From an uncultured delta proteobacterium (GTDB lineage: Bacteria > Desulfobacterota > Desulfuromonadia > Geobacterales > DSM-12255), in NCBI GenBank assembly GCA_963787125.1, contig CAWBBV010000007.1, positions 512,001 to 576,000 on the forward strand: a stretch of DNA of 64,000 nt. The letters are read 5' to 3'. The translations under genes and the position numbers were made by a program. The notes beneath the pieces were generated by a model. It was not told the DNA's origin. It ran no database searches and saw only the letters and a program-made list of their open reading frames with translations. Position 1 is the stretch's first letter. Each line of letters starts with the position of its first letter. Below are positions 33,715 to 42,596 of the stretch, piece by piece.

Positions 33715-34860
33715 TAGTGTTTAGTTGCAATAGTTAATATAAGTATTATACTGTCTCCATCCCACTAGAGATGGAGGTGTCATATGCCCAGGGTTGCAAT
33801 AGCGCTAACTTGTGAGCCCAAGGTCGTGCAAGAGCTAGAGCGCATAAGCAGAAGCCGGACCGAAGAAATACGCATTGTGGAGCGAGTTAAAATCATACTT
33901 TACTGTCTGTCCGGTAAGCGCAATGATGAGGTCGCAGCCGAGCTTGATACGCAAGCGCTGACTGTGGGCATCTGGCGTAAACGCTTTGCGGCTCATGGTC
34001 TTTCGGGTTTATACGACAAACCCCGTTCCGGCAAGCCAGCTAAATATCCAGCATTAGAGTTAAGGCAGCGCATACTCGCCAAGCTGGAAGAGTCTCCGCC
34101 AGCAGGTCTGGCGGCATGGGATGGCGGTGCACTGGCTAAAGCATTGGCGGTCTCAGATGATGTTGTCTGGCGCATACTGCGTAAAAACGGCATTCAGTTG
34201 CGGCGACACCGTTCGTGGTGTGTCAGCACTGATCCTGAATTCTCGGTAAAGTCAGCCGACATAATCGGCTTATACCTGGCACCGCCACAGAAAGCATTGG
34301 TACTCTGTATTGACGAGAAACCATCTATACAGGCCTTGGAGCGGTCAACCGGTTATGTGCAGACAAGCAGCGGTAAAATTGTTCGCGGCCTGAAGAGCAC
34401 CTATAAGCGGCATGGCGTCATCAATCTATTTGCAGCACTAGATGTTGCCGCCGGAACTATCCAGTCGAAAACAACTGTAACTAAAAAACGACCGGACTTT
34501 CAGGCGTTTCTCGATGATATAGTGTCAACGGTTCCAGATGGTGAAGATATTCATGTAATTCTCGACAACTACTGTACACACAAGAAAAATGAAGATTGGC
34601 TGGCCTTACATCCCAATGTCCACTTCCACTTTACGCCGACCTCGGCCAGTTGGCTCAATCAGGTAGAAATATGGTTTGGGATACTTAGCCGTAAAACCTT
34701 ATCTGGAGCCAGTTTCTCAAGCACGGAACAGTTGACGAATTCAATCGAAGCATTTATTGCCAGCTACAACGAAACCGCTTCTCCTTTTGTTTGGCGCAAA
34801 CGAGAAGTCAGAGGCGCTCAGCTTAGAAATACAATAGCTAACTTATGCAATTAAACACTA
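33715..34860 (+). mobile_element. IS630-family insertion sequence, apparently intact
   Basis: Imperfect terminal IRs tagtgtttagttgcaatagtta / taacttatgcaattaaacacta; TA at both ends; single transposase ORF. Confidence 0.93.
33784..34854 (+). CDS. IS630-family DDE transposase
   Basis: HTH, DKPRSGKP, CIDEKPSIQAL, ILDNYCTH, SWLNQVEIWF. Confidence 0.95.
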   Translation: MPRVAIALTCEPKVVQELERISRSRTEEIRIVERVKIILYCLSGKRNDEVAAELDTQALTVGIWRKRFAAHGLSGLYDKPRSGKPAKYPALELRQRILAKLEESPPAGLAAWDGGALAKALAVSDDVVWRILRKNGIQLRRHRSWCVSTDPEFSVKSADIIGLYLAPPQKALVLCIDEKPSIQALERSTGYVQTSSGKIVRGLKSTYKRHGVINLFAALDVAAGTIQSKTTVTKKRPDFQAFLDDIVSTVPDGEDIHVILDNYCTHKKNEDWLALHPNVHFHFTPTSASWLNQVEIWFGILSRKTLSGASFSSTEQLTNSIEAFIASYNETASPFVWRKREVRGAQLRNTIANLCN

Positions 34861-35913
34861 GTAGGCGTGCTTGTCCCCCAGCACCTCTTCTGTTGTCACC
34901 GGCGCCTTGAAAATCCTGTAAACCCAGATTTTATAGCAGATGACAATCGGTACGACTATCAGGGCAACTACTGTCATCAGCTTCAGGGTAATCAGGCTTG
35001 AAGACGAGTTGTAGATAGTCAGGTTTGACGCCGGATCAAGATTGGACGGCAGCAGGTTGGGGAAAAGTCCGGTTACCCCGGTAAAGACAACAAAGACGAT
35101 GGTCAGACAGGAGAAGGTAAATGCTTTCCCTTTTTCACCCTTGGCGGCAAAGAGCTTGATCATGATAAGCGACACTACTGCAATAACCGGAACAAGCAGA
35201 AGCACAGGCGCTTTCAGGTAATTGTCATACAGCTTTGTAGCCGGATAAGTGTAGCCAAGGAAAATGACTGCTACGACCAGCAGTGCCGGCCAGATCTTGT
35301 TGGCGAGCGCCAGGGCGCGGCTGCTCAAATCGCCGACGGTTTTGGCGGAGATGTAAAGTGAGCCATGCACCGCAAAGAGCAGGACGAACAGCACGCCGGT
35401 AACCAGCCCATATGGATTCAGAAGGCCGATCAGCCCCCCTTCATAGGTGAACTGCAGATTTGCAAAATCATTGCGCATCGGAATCCCTTTGAAGATGTTA
35501 CCAAAGGCAACGCCGAACAGCAGGGCCGGAAGGAAACTGGATACAATGATCGCCTTGTCCCAGGAACTTCTCCAGGTATCGCTGTCAATTTTTCCTCTGA
35601 ACTCAAATGATACCCCCCGGACAATCAGCGCAAACAGCAGCAGAATCAGGGCGGAGTAGAGATTGCTGAACATCAGGGCATAAGTGGTCGGGAAAGCGGC
35701 GAATGTTGCGCCTCCGGCAGTCAGCAACCAGACTTCGTTACCGTCCCAGACAGGGCCGATGCTGTTAATCAGAATGCGTTTTTCTGTGTCGGTTTTGGCA
35801 ATAATGCCGGAAAGAAAGCCGGTGCCGAGCACAAAGCCGTCAAGCATGAAGTATACTGCCCACAATACAGCCCAAAGTACAAACCATGTTATCTGGTAAA
35901 TGGAAATATCCAT
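34858..35913 (-). CDS. cydB: Cytochrome bd quinol oxidase subunit II
   Basis: LDGFVLG, GPVWDGNEVWL, RGVSFEFR. Confidence 0.97.
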   Translation of the reverse strand: MDISIYQITWFVLWAVLWAVYFMLDGFVLGTGFLSGIIAKTDTEKRILINSIGPVWDGNEVWLLTAGGATFAAFPTTYALMFSNLYSALILLLFALIVRGVSFEFRGKIDSDTWRSSWDKAIIVSSFLPALLFGVAFGNIFKGIPMRNDFANLQFTYEGGLIGLLNPYGLVTGVLFVLLFAVHGSLYISAKTVGDLSSRALALANKIWPALLVVAVIFLGYTYPATKLYDNYLKAPVLLLVPVIAVVSLIMIKLFAAKGEKGKAFTFSCLTIVFVVFTGVTGLFPNLLPSNLDPASNLTIYNSSSSLITLKLMTVVALIVVPIVICYKIWVYRIFKAPVTTEEVLGDKHAY

Positions 35914-35916
35914 TGC

Positions 35917-37263
35917 TTATCCCCTCCCCTGAACATTGATGATATTGGTCAGATCGTTGTCCGGACCTTTCTTTGCGTATTTAACCAGCAGGAAGATATC
36001 TATTGCCCCCAGAACGCCATAAAGAACGGTGAATCCGATCAGGGAGAGGAGCACTTGTGTTGCAGTGACTGATGGTGAAACGCCTTGAGATGTTTTGAGA
36101 ACTCCGTAGACAATCCAGGGCTGGCGGCCAAGTTCCGCTACTATCCACCCCATCTGCTGGGCGAGATAGGGAAGTGGGATTGAAAAAAGCATGATATTCA
36201 AAAAAAGCCGGTTGTCTTCAAACCTGTCCCGTCTGGAGAGATATATCCCTGCCAGACTGGCAAGAATCATGAACGTGCCTATAGCCGCCATGCCCCTGAA
36301 ACTCAAAAATACCGGTAACACCATCGGCCGCATTTCTTTCGGGACGTCATTAAGTCCCTTAACCACTCCGCTTGTGTCGTGATGTGCCATTAGACTGAGT
36401 AGCCCCGGAATGGTTGCTGTTTCGACCAGATTCCCTTCACCGAAGGGGTTTGGTAGAAGGAGTAGGCTCATGCCGGCATTGCTCTTTGTTTCCCAGACAG
36501 ATTCCATTGCTGCAAATTTTTCAGGTTGAACTTTAGCGATTTCGACAGCATGAAAGTCACCGGTAACAGCGACTATGACAGAGGCTACAAACGCCCAGAC
36601 TGCTGCAAACCTGAAAGAGCGTTTGAAGAATTCAACTTCGTTCTTACGGAGAAGATGCCAAGCCGAGATTCCCATGATAAGAAACGCTGCCAGTGCATAT
36701 CCGGAGAGGACAGTGTGCGAAAATTTGACTATGCCGTAATAGTTGGTGAAAACCGCTAATGGATCGGTCATCTCGGCCCTGCCATTACGAATGGTGAAGC
36801 CGACGGGATGCTGCATCCAGGCGTTGGCCTGCAGAATAAAAAGGGCTGAAAGATTGGTGCCGATGGCAGCCAGCCAGATGGTGAGTGCGTGGGTTTTCTT
36901 GGAAACCTTTTTCCAACCGAAGATCCAGACACCGATGAAAACGGATTCGAGGAAAAAGGTCACTGTTGCTTCAACCGCCAGGGGGGCGCCGAAGATGTCG
37001 CCGACTATACGGGAATATTCGGACCAGTTGAGGCCGAACTGAAACTCCATGGTAATTCCGGTGACTACACCGAGGGCGAAGTTGATCAGGAAAAGCTTCC
37101 CCCAGAATTTGGTCATCCGCAGCCAGGTCTCGTCGCCGGTAGTTACATATTTTGTCTCCATCCAGGCAGTCATTATCGCCAGGCCGAGTGTCAGCGGGAC
37201 AAATATCCAGTGAAACATACAGGTAGCCGCAAACTGTAACTGGCTCAAAAAAACAACGTCCAT
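35917..37263 (-). CDS. cydA: Cytochrome bd quinol oxidase subunit I (short Q-loop)
   Basis: FHWIFVPLTLG, MEFQFG, QPEKFAAME, ELGRQPW. Confidence 0.98.
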   Translation of the reverse strand: MDVVFLSQLQFAATCMFHWIFVPLTLGLAIMTAWMETKYVTTGDETWLRMTKFWGKLFLINFALGVVTGITMEFQFGLNWSEYSRIVGDIFGAPLAVEATVTFFLESVFIGVWIFGWKKVSKKTHALTIWLAAIGTNLSALFILQANAWMQHPVGFTIRNGRAEMTDPLAVFTNYYGIVKFSHTVLSGYALAAFLIMGISAWHLLRKNEVEFFKRSFRFAAVWAFVASVIVAVTGDFHAVEIAKVQPEKFAAMESVWETKSNAGMSLLLLPNPFGEGNLVETATIPGLLSLMAHHDTSGVVKGLNDVPKEMRPMVLPVFLSFRGMAAIGTFMILASLAGIYLSRRDRFEDNRLFLNIMLFSIPLPYLAQQMGWIVAELGRQPWIVYGVLKTSQGVSPSVTATQVLLSLIGFTVLYGVLGAIDIFLLVKYAKKGPDNDLTNIINVQGRG

Positions 37264-37341
37264 TCTTTACCTCCTCATACTTAGAGTTAAATGTCCCTAA
37301 CAGGACTTATTTTATCTCAAATGTGGACAAAAAAAAGGGGG

Positions 37342-37758
37342 TTACCCCGTTTTTTTTTCTTTTGCCAGATCTTCCAGGGTAACACTGTCGAGAATTGATG
37401 CTACCTCTCCCTGAATCTTTCTCCAGACCGGATGTACCGTGCACTGAGCTTCCCGGCTGCAATTCTCGTCTTCGGAAAGACAGCGATTGGGGATTATCGG
37501 GCCTTCGACGGCCTCAACCACCTGACGCAGAGTGATCCTCGCCGCAGGTCTTCCCAAGAGAAAGCCGCCACCAGTGCCACGGAAGGAGTTTACCAGCCCA
37601 AGCTTTGCAAAACTCTGGAAAATTTTCGCGAGGAATGTCTGGGACACACCGGTAGCTTCAGCAACTTCGCTGACAAGAATAACCTTGCCGACCGGCTGTT
37701 TAGCCAGAAAAACAATGCCGCGAATTGCATATTCACCCTTGCGGGTTAACTCCATCAT
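37342..37758 (-). CDS. Rrf2-family Fe-S transcriptional regulator
   Basis: RGTGGGFLL wing, VEG, C-X6-C-X5-C-X2-H. Confidence 0.93.
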   Translation of the reverse strand: MMELTRKGEYAIRGIVFLAKQPVGKVILVSEVAEATGVSQTFLAKIFQSFAKLGLVNSFRGTGGGFLLGRPAARITLRQVVEAVEGPIIPNRCLSEDENCSREAQCTVHPVWRKIQGEVASILDSVTLEDLAKEKKTG

Positions 37759-37836
37759 CTTTGAGTCCTTAAAGACCTTTTTTATCCTTTTTACTTTGAC
37801 TGGGGAAAAGAGTCAAGCAGTTTCTGCTAAAGAGGG

Positions 37837-38175
37837 TCACTCTTCCGGTTTAAGACGGAGATTTTTTTTGAGGGAGGTGATCCGTTTGTGGGTGAGTCTC
37901 TTTTCGATTGAAGATCTGGTTGCCTTGGTGGCTATCCGTTTGCGCTTCTTTTGCAGCCGTTGGCGAAGGGCTGCTGCCAGCCTCTCCATGGCGACTTCAC
38001 GATTGCGATATTGCGATCTGTTTTCTGATGCCTGGACGACGATGCCGGTGGGAAGGTGCCGAATTCTGACTGCCGAGTCGGTTGTGTTGCGGTGCTGCCC
38101 GCCAGGACCGGAGGCACGGAAAAATTCCAGGGTGATGTCGGACTCTTTTATCTCGATTGACAAAAACCACCTCAT
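37837..38175 (-). CDS. RF-1 domain (GGQ) peptidyl-tRNA hydrolase, ArfB-like; real start may be TTG near 38163
   Basis: [18 protein letters not shown], basic C-terminal tail. Confidence 0.85.
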   Translation of the reverse strand: MRWFLSIEIKESDITLEFFRASGPGGQHRNTTDSAVRIRHLPTGIVVQASENRSQYRNREVAMERLAAALRQRLQKKRKRIATKATRSSIEKRLTHKRITSLKKNLRLKPEE

Positions 38176-38298
38176 TCCAATTCTAACTCAAAGTGGCATC
38201 TTCGTTGACTCGTCTTCGGCTCCTCAGCGTACTATCTGCACGCCTTCGTCGCCTCAATCCTCGCCGCCTTGATGTCATCTTCGATTTAGAATCGGCAT
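38174..38298. repeat. About 125-bp palindromic dispersed repeat (MITE-like), copy B
   Basis: Same architecture as 33498..33623; shares gccttcgtcgcctcaatcctcgccgccttgatgtcatct. Confidence 0.8.
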
Positions 38299-38453
38299 CA
38301 TCCATTTGCTATGGCAAAAAAAGGATTAAATTAGAGTAAAAACAAGCTTATACGGATTTCCCCGGTTCAGATTTTATTAGAAAATCATGACCGAATCTGC
38401 TATGAATGTAAAGCTTTCAACAAGAAACCTAAAAAATCCGCAGTGGAGATGAA

Positions 38454-39521
38454 ATGATAAAGACCAATAACCTTAAAATCAAGAGTATTACACCGATAAT
38501 CGCACCGAGCGACCTCCGTCAGGTTTTTCCGATGAACGAAGGTGGCAGTGAATTCATAACCTCCAGCCGTGAGCAGCTCAAAGGTATTCTCAAAGGGGAC
38601 GACAAGCGCTTGATGGTCGTGGTCGGTCCATGCTCCATCCATGACACAACCGGGGCGGTTGATTATGCTGAAAAGCTGGCCGCTCTGGCTGCCGAGCTTT
38701 CCGATCAGCTTTTCATAACCATGCGGGTCTATTTCGAGAAGCCGAGAACAACTGTCGGCTGGAAAGGGCTTATCAACGACCCGGACATGGACGGCACGCA
38801 CAGGATTTCCAAAGGGCTCGGTATTGCCAGGAGTCTGTTATGCCGGATTACCGAACTGAGGCTGCCGGTTGCCAATGAGATGCTTGATCCGATTACTCCC
38901 GAGTATCTGGCCGATATGATCTGCTGGGGGGCAATTGGTGCAAGGACAACAGAATCCCAGACCCATCGCGAGCTTGCCAGTGGACTCTCTTTTCCGATCG
39001 GCTTCAAGAACGGCACTGACGGCAATATGCAGATAGCAATTGATGCCATGATCGCGGCGCTTCATCCCCACAGTTTTCTCGGCATAAATCGCGAGGGGCT
39101 GTCGTCCATAGTTCAGACAACCGGTAATCCTGACGTGCATATTGTCCTGCGTGGCAGCGGTAAAAAACCGAACTATTCACCTGAAGATATCGCCAAGACA
39201 GAGGAGATGCTGGCCAAGGCGGGTCTCTTCCCTACAATCATGGTTGACTGCAGTCATGGCAACTCGGAGAAGAACCACGAGAAACAACCGGCGGTGCTGG
39301 ATGCGGTTCTTGCCCAGATTGAGGCCGGCAACCGTTCAATTTCAGGGGTCATGATTGAAAGCTACCTGGAGGGTGGCAGCCAGTCTATCTCTGCAGACCT
39401 TAGCAAGTTAAAGTATGGGGTTTCTATTACCGACAAGTGCATTGATTGGGCGACTACCGAGCGGATTCTGCGTGATGCCCACGCCAGGCTGAAAAAATGC
39501 GGCGGCAGGAAGCTCGCCTAA
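38454..39521 (+). CDS. DAHP synthase class I-alpha (AroF/G/H family)
   Basis: GPCSIHD, EKPRTTVGWKG, IGARTTESQ, DCSHGNS, SITDKC. Confidence 0.97.
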   Translation: MIKTNNLKIKSITPIIAPSDLRQVFPMNEGGSEFITSSREQLKGILKGDDKRLMVVVGPCSIHDTTGAVDYAEKLAALAAELSDQLFITMRVYFEKPRTTVGWKGLINDPDMDGTHRISKGLGIARSLLCRITELRLPVANEMLDPITPEYLADMICWGAIGARTTESQTHRELASGLSFPIGFKNGTDGNMQIAIDAMIAALHPHSFLGINREGLSSIVQTTGNPDVHIVLRGSGKKPNYSPEDIAKTEEMLAKAGLFPTIMVDCSHGNSEKNHEKQPAVLDAVLAQIEAGNRSISGVMIESYLEGGSQSISADLSKLKYGVSITDKCIDWATTERILRDAHARLKKCGGRKLA

Positions 39522-39538
39522 CGAAAAGGAGAGGTACT

Positions 39539-39760
39539 ATGGCAAAGTGTGAATTGACGGAAACGTGTATTTTTTTCAACGATCAGATGGCTAATATGCC
39601 TTCAACTGCTGCTGTTTATAAGAACATCTTCTGTGAGCAGGATTTTGCCAACTGTGGCCGCTATATGATCTTCAAGGCAATTGGCCGGGAGAATGTTCCC
39701 AAAGATCTTTTCCCGAACCAGAGTGACAGGGCAAGGACGATCATTTCAGGGCATAAGTAA
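39539..39760 (+). CDS. Small Cys-rich hypothetical protein
   Basis: AGGAGAGG RBS; C-X5-C...C-X6-C, 'VPKDLFPN'. Confidence 0.75.
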   Translation: MAKCELTETCIFFNDQMANMPSTAAVYKNIFCEQDFANCGRYMIFKAIGRENVPKDLFPNQSDRARTIISGHK

Positions 39761-39785
39761 ACAAATATAAAATTAGCGGCAGTAA

Positions 39786-41060
39786 TCAGTCCGGCATTTC
39801 AGGGAGCGTCACATCCTCTGCGATGCCGGATTTTTCTATTGTTACCTTGTTTACCATCTGCCAGGAGACCCTGCTCTCGGCACGATGCTTACTGATGGCT
39901 TTGCGGACTTCGGCGCTGATATCTTCAACCTGTTCGTAGGAATCGTTATTTACCTCAAGGAAAACTCTCCCTTTAGTTGTAACCTCGACTTTTATCGGCT
40001 GATAGATTATCTCTCCCTGCATCGGCACTGATACTGCTTTAAAGAGCCGCTCCATATGCTCCGGCATTACCCGGATGCAGCCATGGCTGCTGTAGCTGTT
40101 GATGGAGGTAGGTCTTGTTGTGCTGTGAATCAGAATGCCGGCGAGAGTCGTCCGCATGGCATATTTCCCCAGAGGGTTTTTCGGGCCGGGGGGGATAAAC
40201 TCCAGCACCTCTTCGCCTTTTTCTTCCATCTCTTTTTGAATCGAGGGCGGAATCCTCCAGGTCGGATTCTCCTTTTTGTCAACGATCTGGAATTTGCCGA
40301 CAGGAGTGCGCCAGATGGTGCTCTCCTTCTTTTTAGATATCCCCACGGCAACGGGGTAGCTTGCTGAGACTTTGCCGTTGCGGAACAGGTAGAGGCTTCT
40401 TTCCGGAATATTTACGATGATACCGTTTTTAATGGTTTTGGGGATGATGCGGCGGTTGTTGTATTTGAGCCGCTGTCCGGGGATAACAGTCGCATCTCTG
40501 CTGAGTCGGTTCATTTTTGCCAGATCCCGCAGCCGCACGCCGAGTCTGGATGCAACCAGTTTGAGACTCTCTTTTCTTGCAACAGTATAGATTCCTTGCC
40601 CGCCGACGATATGCTCGGAAATTTTACTCTCCAAAGAAGGTTCAAGCGCCTCGGCACCATTGTCAGCAGTTGGCGGCACGACGGCAGTTTGTAACGGCTG
40701 GACAGGCTTCTCTAGTGCAGCGCTGCTCATTTGAGCAAAACCAGGTCTGGGCGGCTGGCTGAAGCCTGGTGTTGCCGGGACGGGCGGCTCATCCCTTTGA
40801 CTCAACAGGATCTCCCCCTTCATGATAGCCAGGGTGAAGCGCTGCGCGGCAGCAGCACTTTCGCCGTTATTATAGAGCTCTTCAGCGGCACTGATAGTGG
40901 CTGCGAAGCTGCGGAACTCTTCCGGGTGAGAGTTGACTACCTGAGTCGTCTGCAGGATCCGCAGAAGATTTAGTGCATCGCTGCGCAGTCCGATTAAAGG
41001 TTCGTCAGCCAGAGCAGTTGTCGCCATAAGGAGAAACAGTGCGCAGATAAAGTGTTTCAT
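39786..41060 (-). CDS. LysM-containing L,D-transpeptidase (YkuD family)
   Basis: Signal peptide, LysM, NIPERSLYL, NPLG, ILIH...SHGCIR. Confidence 0.92.
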   Translation of the reverse strand: MKHFICALFLLMATTALADEPLIGLRSDALNLLRILQTTQVVNSHPEEFRSFAATISAAEELYNNGESAAAAQRFTLAIMKGEILLSQRDEPPVPATPGFSQPPRPGFAQMSSAALEKPVQPLQTAVVPPTADNGAEALEPSLESKISEHIVGGQGIYTVARKESLKLVASRLGVRLRDLAKMNRLSRDATVIPGQRLKYNNRRIIPKTIKNGIIVNIPERSLYLFRNGKVSASYPVAVGISKKKESTIWRTPVGKFQIVDKKENPTWRIPPSIQKEMEEKGEEVLEFIPPGPKNPLGKYAMRTTLAGILIHSTTRPTSINSYSSHGCIRVMPEHMERLFKAVSVPMQGEIIYQPIKVEVTTKGRVFLEVNNDSYEQVEDISAEVRKAISKHRAESRVSWQMVNKVTIEKSGIAEDVTLPEMPD

Positions 41061-42424
41061 GGGGTGGGTTCACTCGAAGCGATTTTGTATTTTCCCATCC
41101 GGTAGATCAAAGTATGGCGCGGGATTCGCAGGAAGCGGGCGGCAGCAGTCTGATTCCAGCGATTGCGGCTGAGTGCCTCTATCACGATCTCTTTCTCAAG
41201 CTCTTCAAGGGAGTAGCCGTCAGCCGGCAGATTTACTATTTTGCCATTAGTTTCAGTCCGGCCATTGACGTTGAATTTGTCAGGAATATCCGTCAATGTC
41301 AAGTTGTCACCGCTGCGCATGATCAAGGTTCGCTCAACGAAGTTTTCCAGTTCGCGCACATTGCCCGGCCAATCATATTTTACCAGCGCGGTGAGCGCAC
41401 TTTTCTCGAAGTTGACCTGTGCTGCGCCATGTTTACTGGAAAAGTGCCGCAAAAGAAGAGGAATATCATCTTTCCTCTCCCTTAAAGGGGGGAGCTGCAG
41501 AGGGATTACAGCCAGCCGATAGTAGAGATCTTCCCTGAAAGCCCCGCTGGCGAGAGCTTTACCCATATCGAGATTGGTGGCGGCGATAATCCGCAAATCC
41601 AGTTTCTGTTGTTCTGTGCCGCCGACCCGCTCTATAACCCTCTCCTGAATAGTCCGCAGGAGCTTTGGCTGCAGTTCCAGCGGGAGCTCGCCAACCTCGT
41701 CCAGGAAAATAGTGCCGCTGTCAGCCAGTTCGAATTTGCCCGGTTTGTCCTTGACGGCGCCGGTAAATGAGCCCTTCATATGGCCGAAAAGTTCGCTCTC
41801 CAGGAGGTCCCGCGGAATTGCCGAGCAGTTGACAGCTATGAACGGTTTATCTTTCCGGGCACTTTTATTGTGGATGGAACGGGCTACCAGTTCCTTGCCG
41901 GTGCCCGATTCGCCGGTGATCAGGACGGTAGCTTCAGTGGGCGCAACCTTGTCAATGACCCTGAAAATGGCTGCCATTTCCGGTGAACTGCCGATGATCG
42001 CCTCGAAGTCGCGTTTGTCAGCCAGGTCGGATTTAAGCTGACGGTTTTCTGCTGCCATTGAGCCGAACTGCAGAGCTTTGGCGACGGTCAGGCGGAGCTC
42101 GTCACGGTTGAAAGGTTTGGTGATGTAGTCGTACGCCCCTGACTTCATTGCTCCTACAGCTATATCCACTGTGCCGAAAGCAGTAATTATGACAACGAGT
42201 GTCTGGGGCGAGAGCGCTTTTACCCTTTGCAGTACTTCCAGCCCGTCGATACCCGGCATCTGCATGTCAGTAATAACCAGCTGGTAAATCTCGTCCTGGA
42301 AAAAACGGAGACCTTCTTCTCCAGAGGCGGCGGCGGTGACGGCGTAGCCGGCCTCCTGGAGATTGTACTCAAGAACCCTGCGCAGGGAGGCGTCATCATC
42401 AATTATCAGGATTTTAGACTGCAT
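41057..42424 (-). CDS. Sigma54-dependent response regulator (NtrC family)
   Basis: REC, GESGTGKE, GSFTGA, WPGNVRELEN, Fis HTH. Confidence 0.96.
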   Translation of the reverse strand: MQSKILIIDDDASLRRVLEYNLQEAGYAVTAAASGEEGLRFFQDEIYQLVITDMQMPGIDGLEVLQRVKALSPQTLVVIITAFGTVDIAVGAMKSGAYDYITKPFNRDELRLTVAKALQFGSMAAENRQLKSDLADKRDFEAIIGSSPEMAAIFRVIDKVAPTEATVLITGESGTGKELVARSIHNKSARKDKPFIAVNCSAIPRDLLESELFGHMKGSFTGAVKDKPGKFELADSGTIFLDEVGELPLELQPKLLRTIQERVIERVGGTEQQKLDLRIIAATNLDMGKALASGAFREDLYYRLAVIPLQLPPLRERKDDIPLLLRHFSSKHGAAQVNFEKSALTALVKYDWPGNVRELENFVERTLIMRSGDNLTLTDIPDKFNVNGRTETNGKIVNLPADGYSLEELEKEIVIEALSRNRWNQTAAARFLRIPRHTLIYRMGKYKIASSEPTP

Positions 42425-42433
42425 GCTGCTCCT

Positions 42434-42589
42434 TAGTAAGTTAGAAGTTATTTTCTGCGCTTTTCTGGCAGAAAGTAACTTCGTTAACGCACTTATCCAG
42501 TTTACCTGGGCTAGTAAGTTAGAAGTTATTTTCTGCGCTTTTCTGGCAGAAAATAACTTCGTTAACGCACTTATCCTGTTTATCAGGGT
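42434..42589. repeat. Tandem 78-bp direct repeat x2, each unit with two hairpins
   Basis: Units start at 42434 and 42512; gaagttattttctgc-N9-gcagaaa(g/a)taacttc. Confidence 0.9.
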
Positions 42590-42596
42590 TAAAAAA

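Noticed and set aside
42434..42589. Possible CRISPR array
   Set aside because: Only two 78-bp units, no unique spacers, no cas genes
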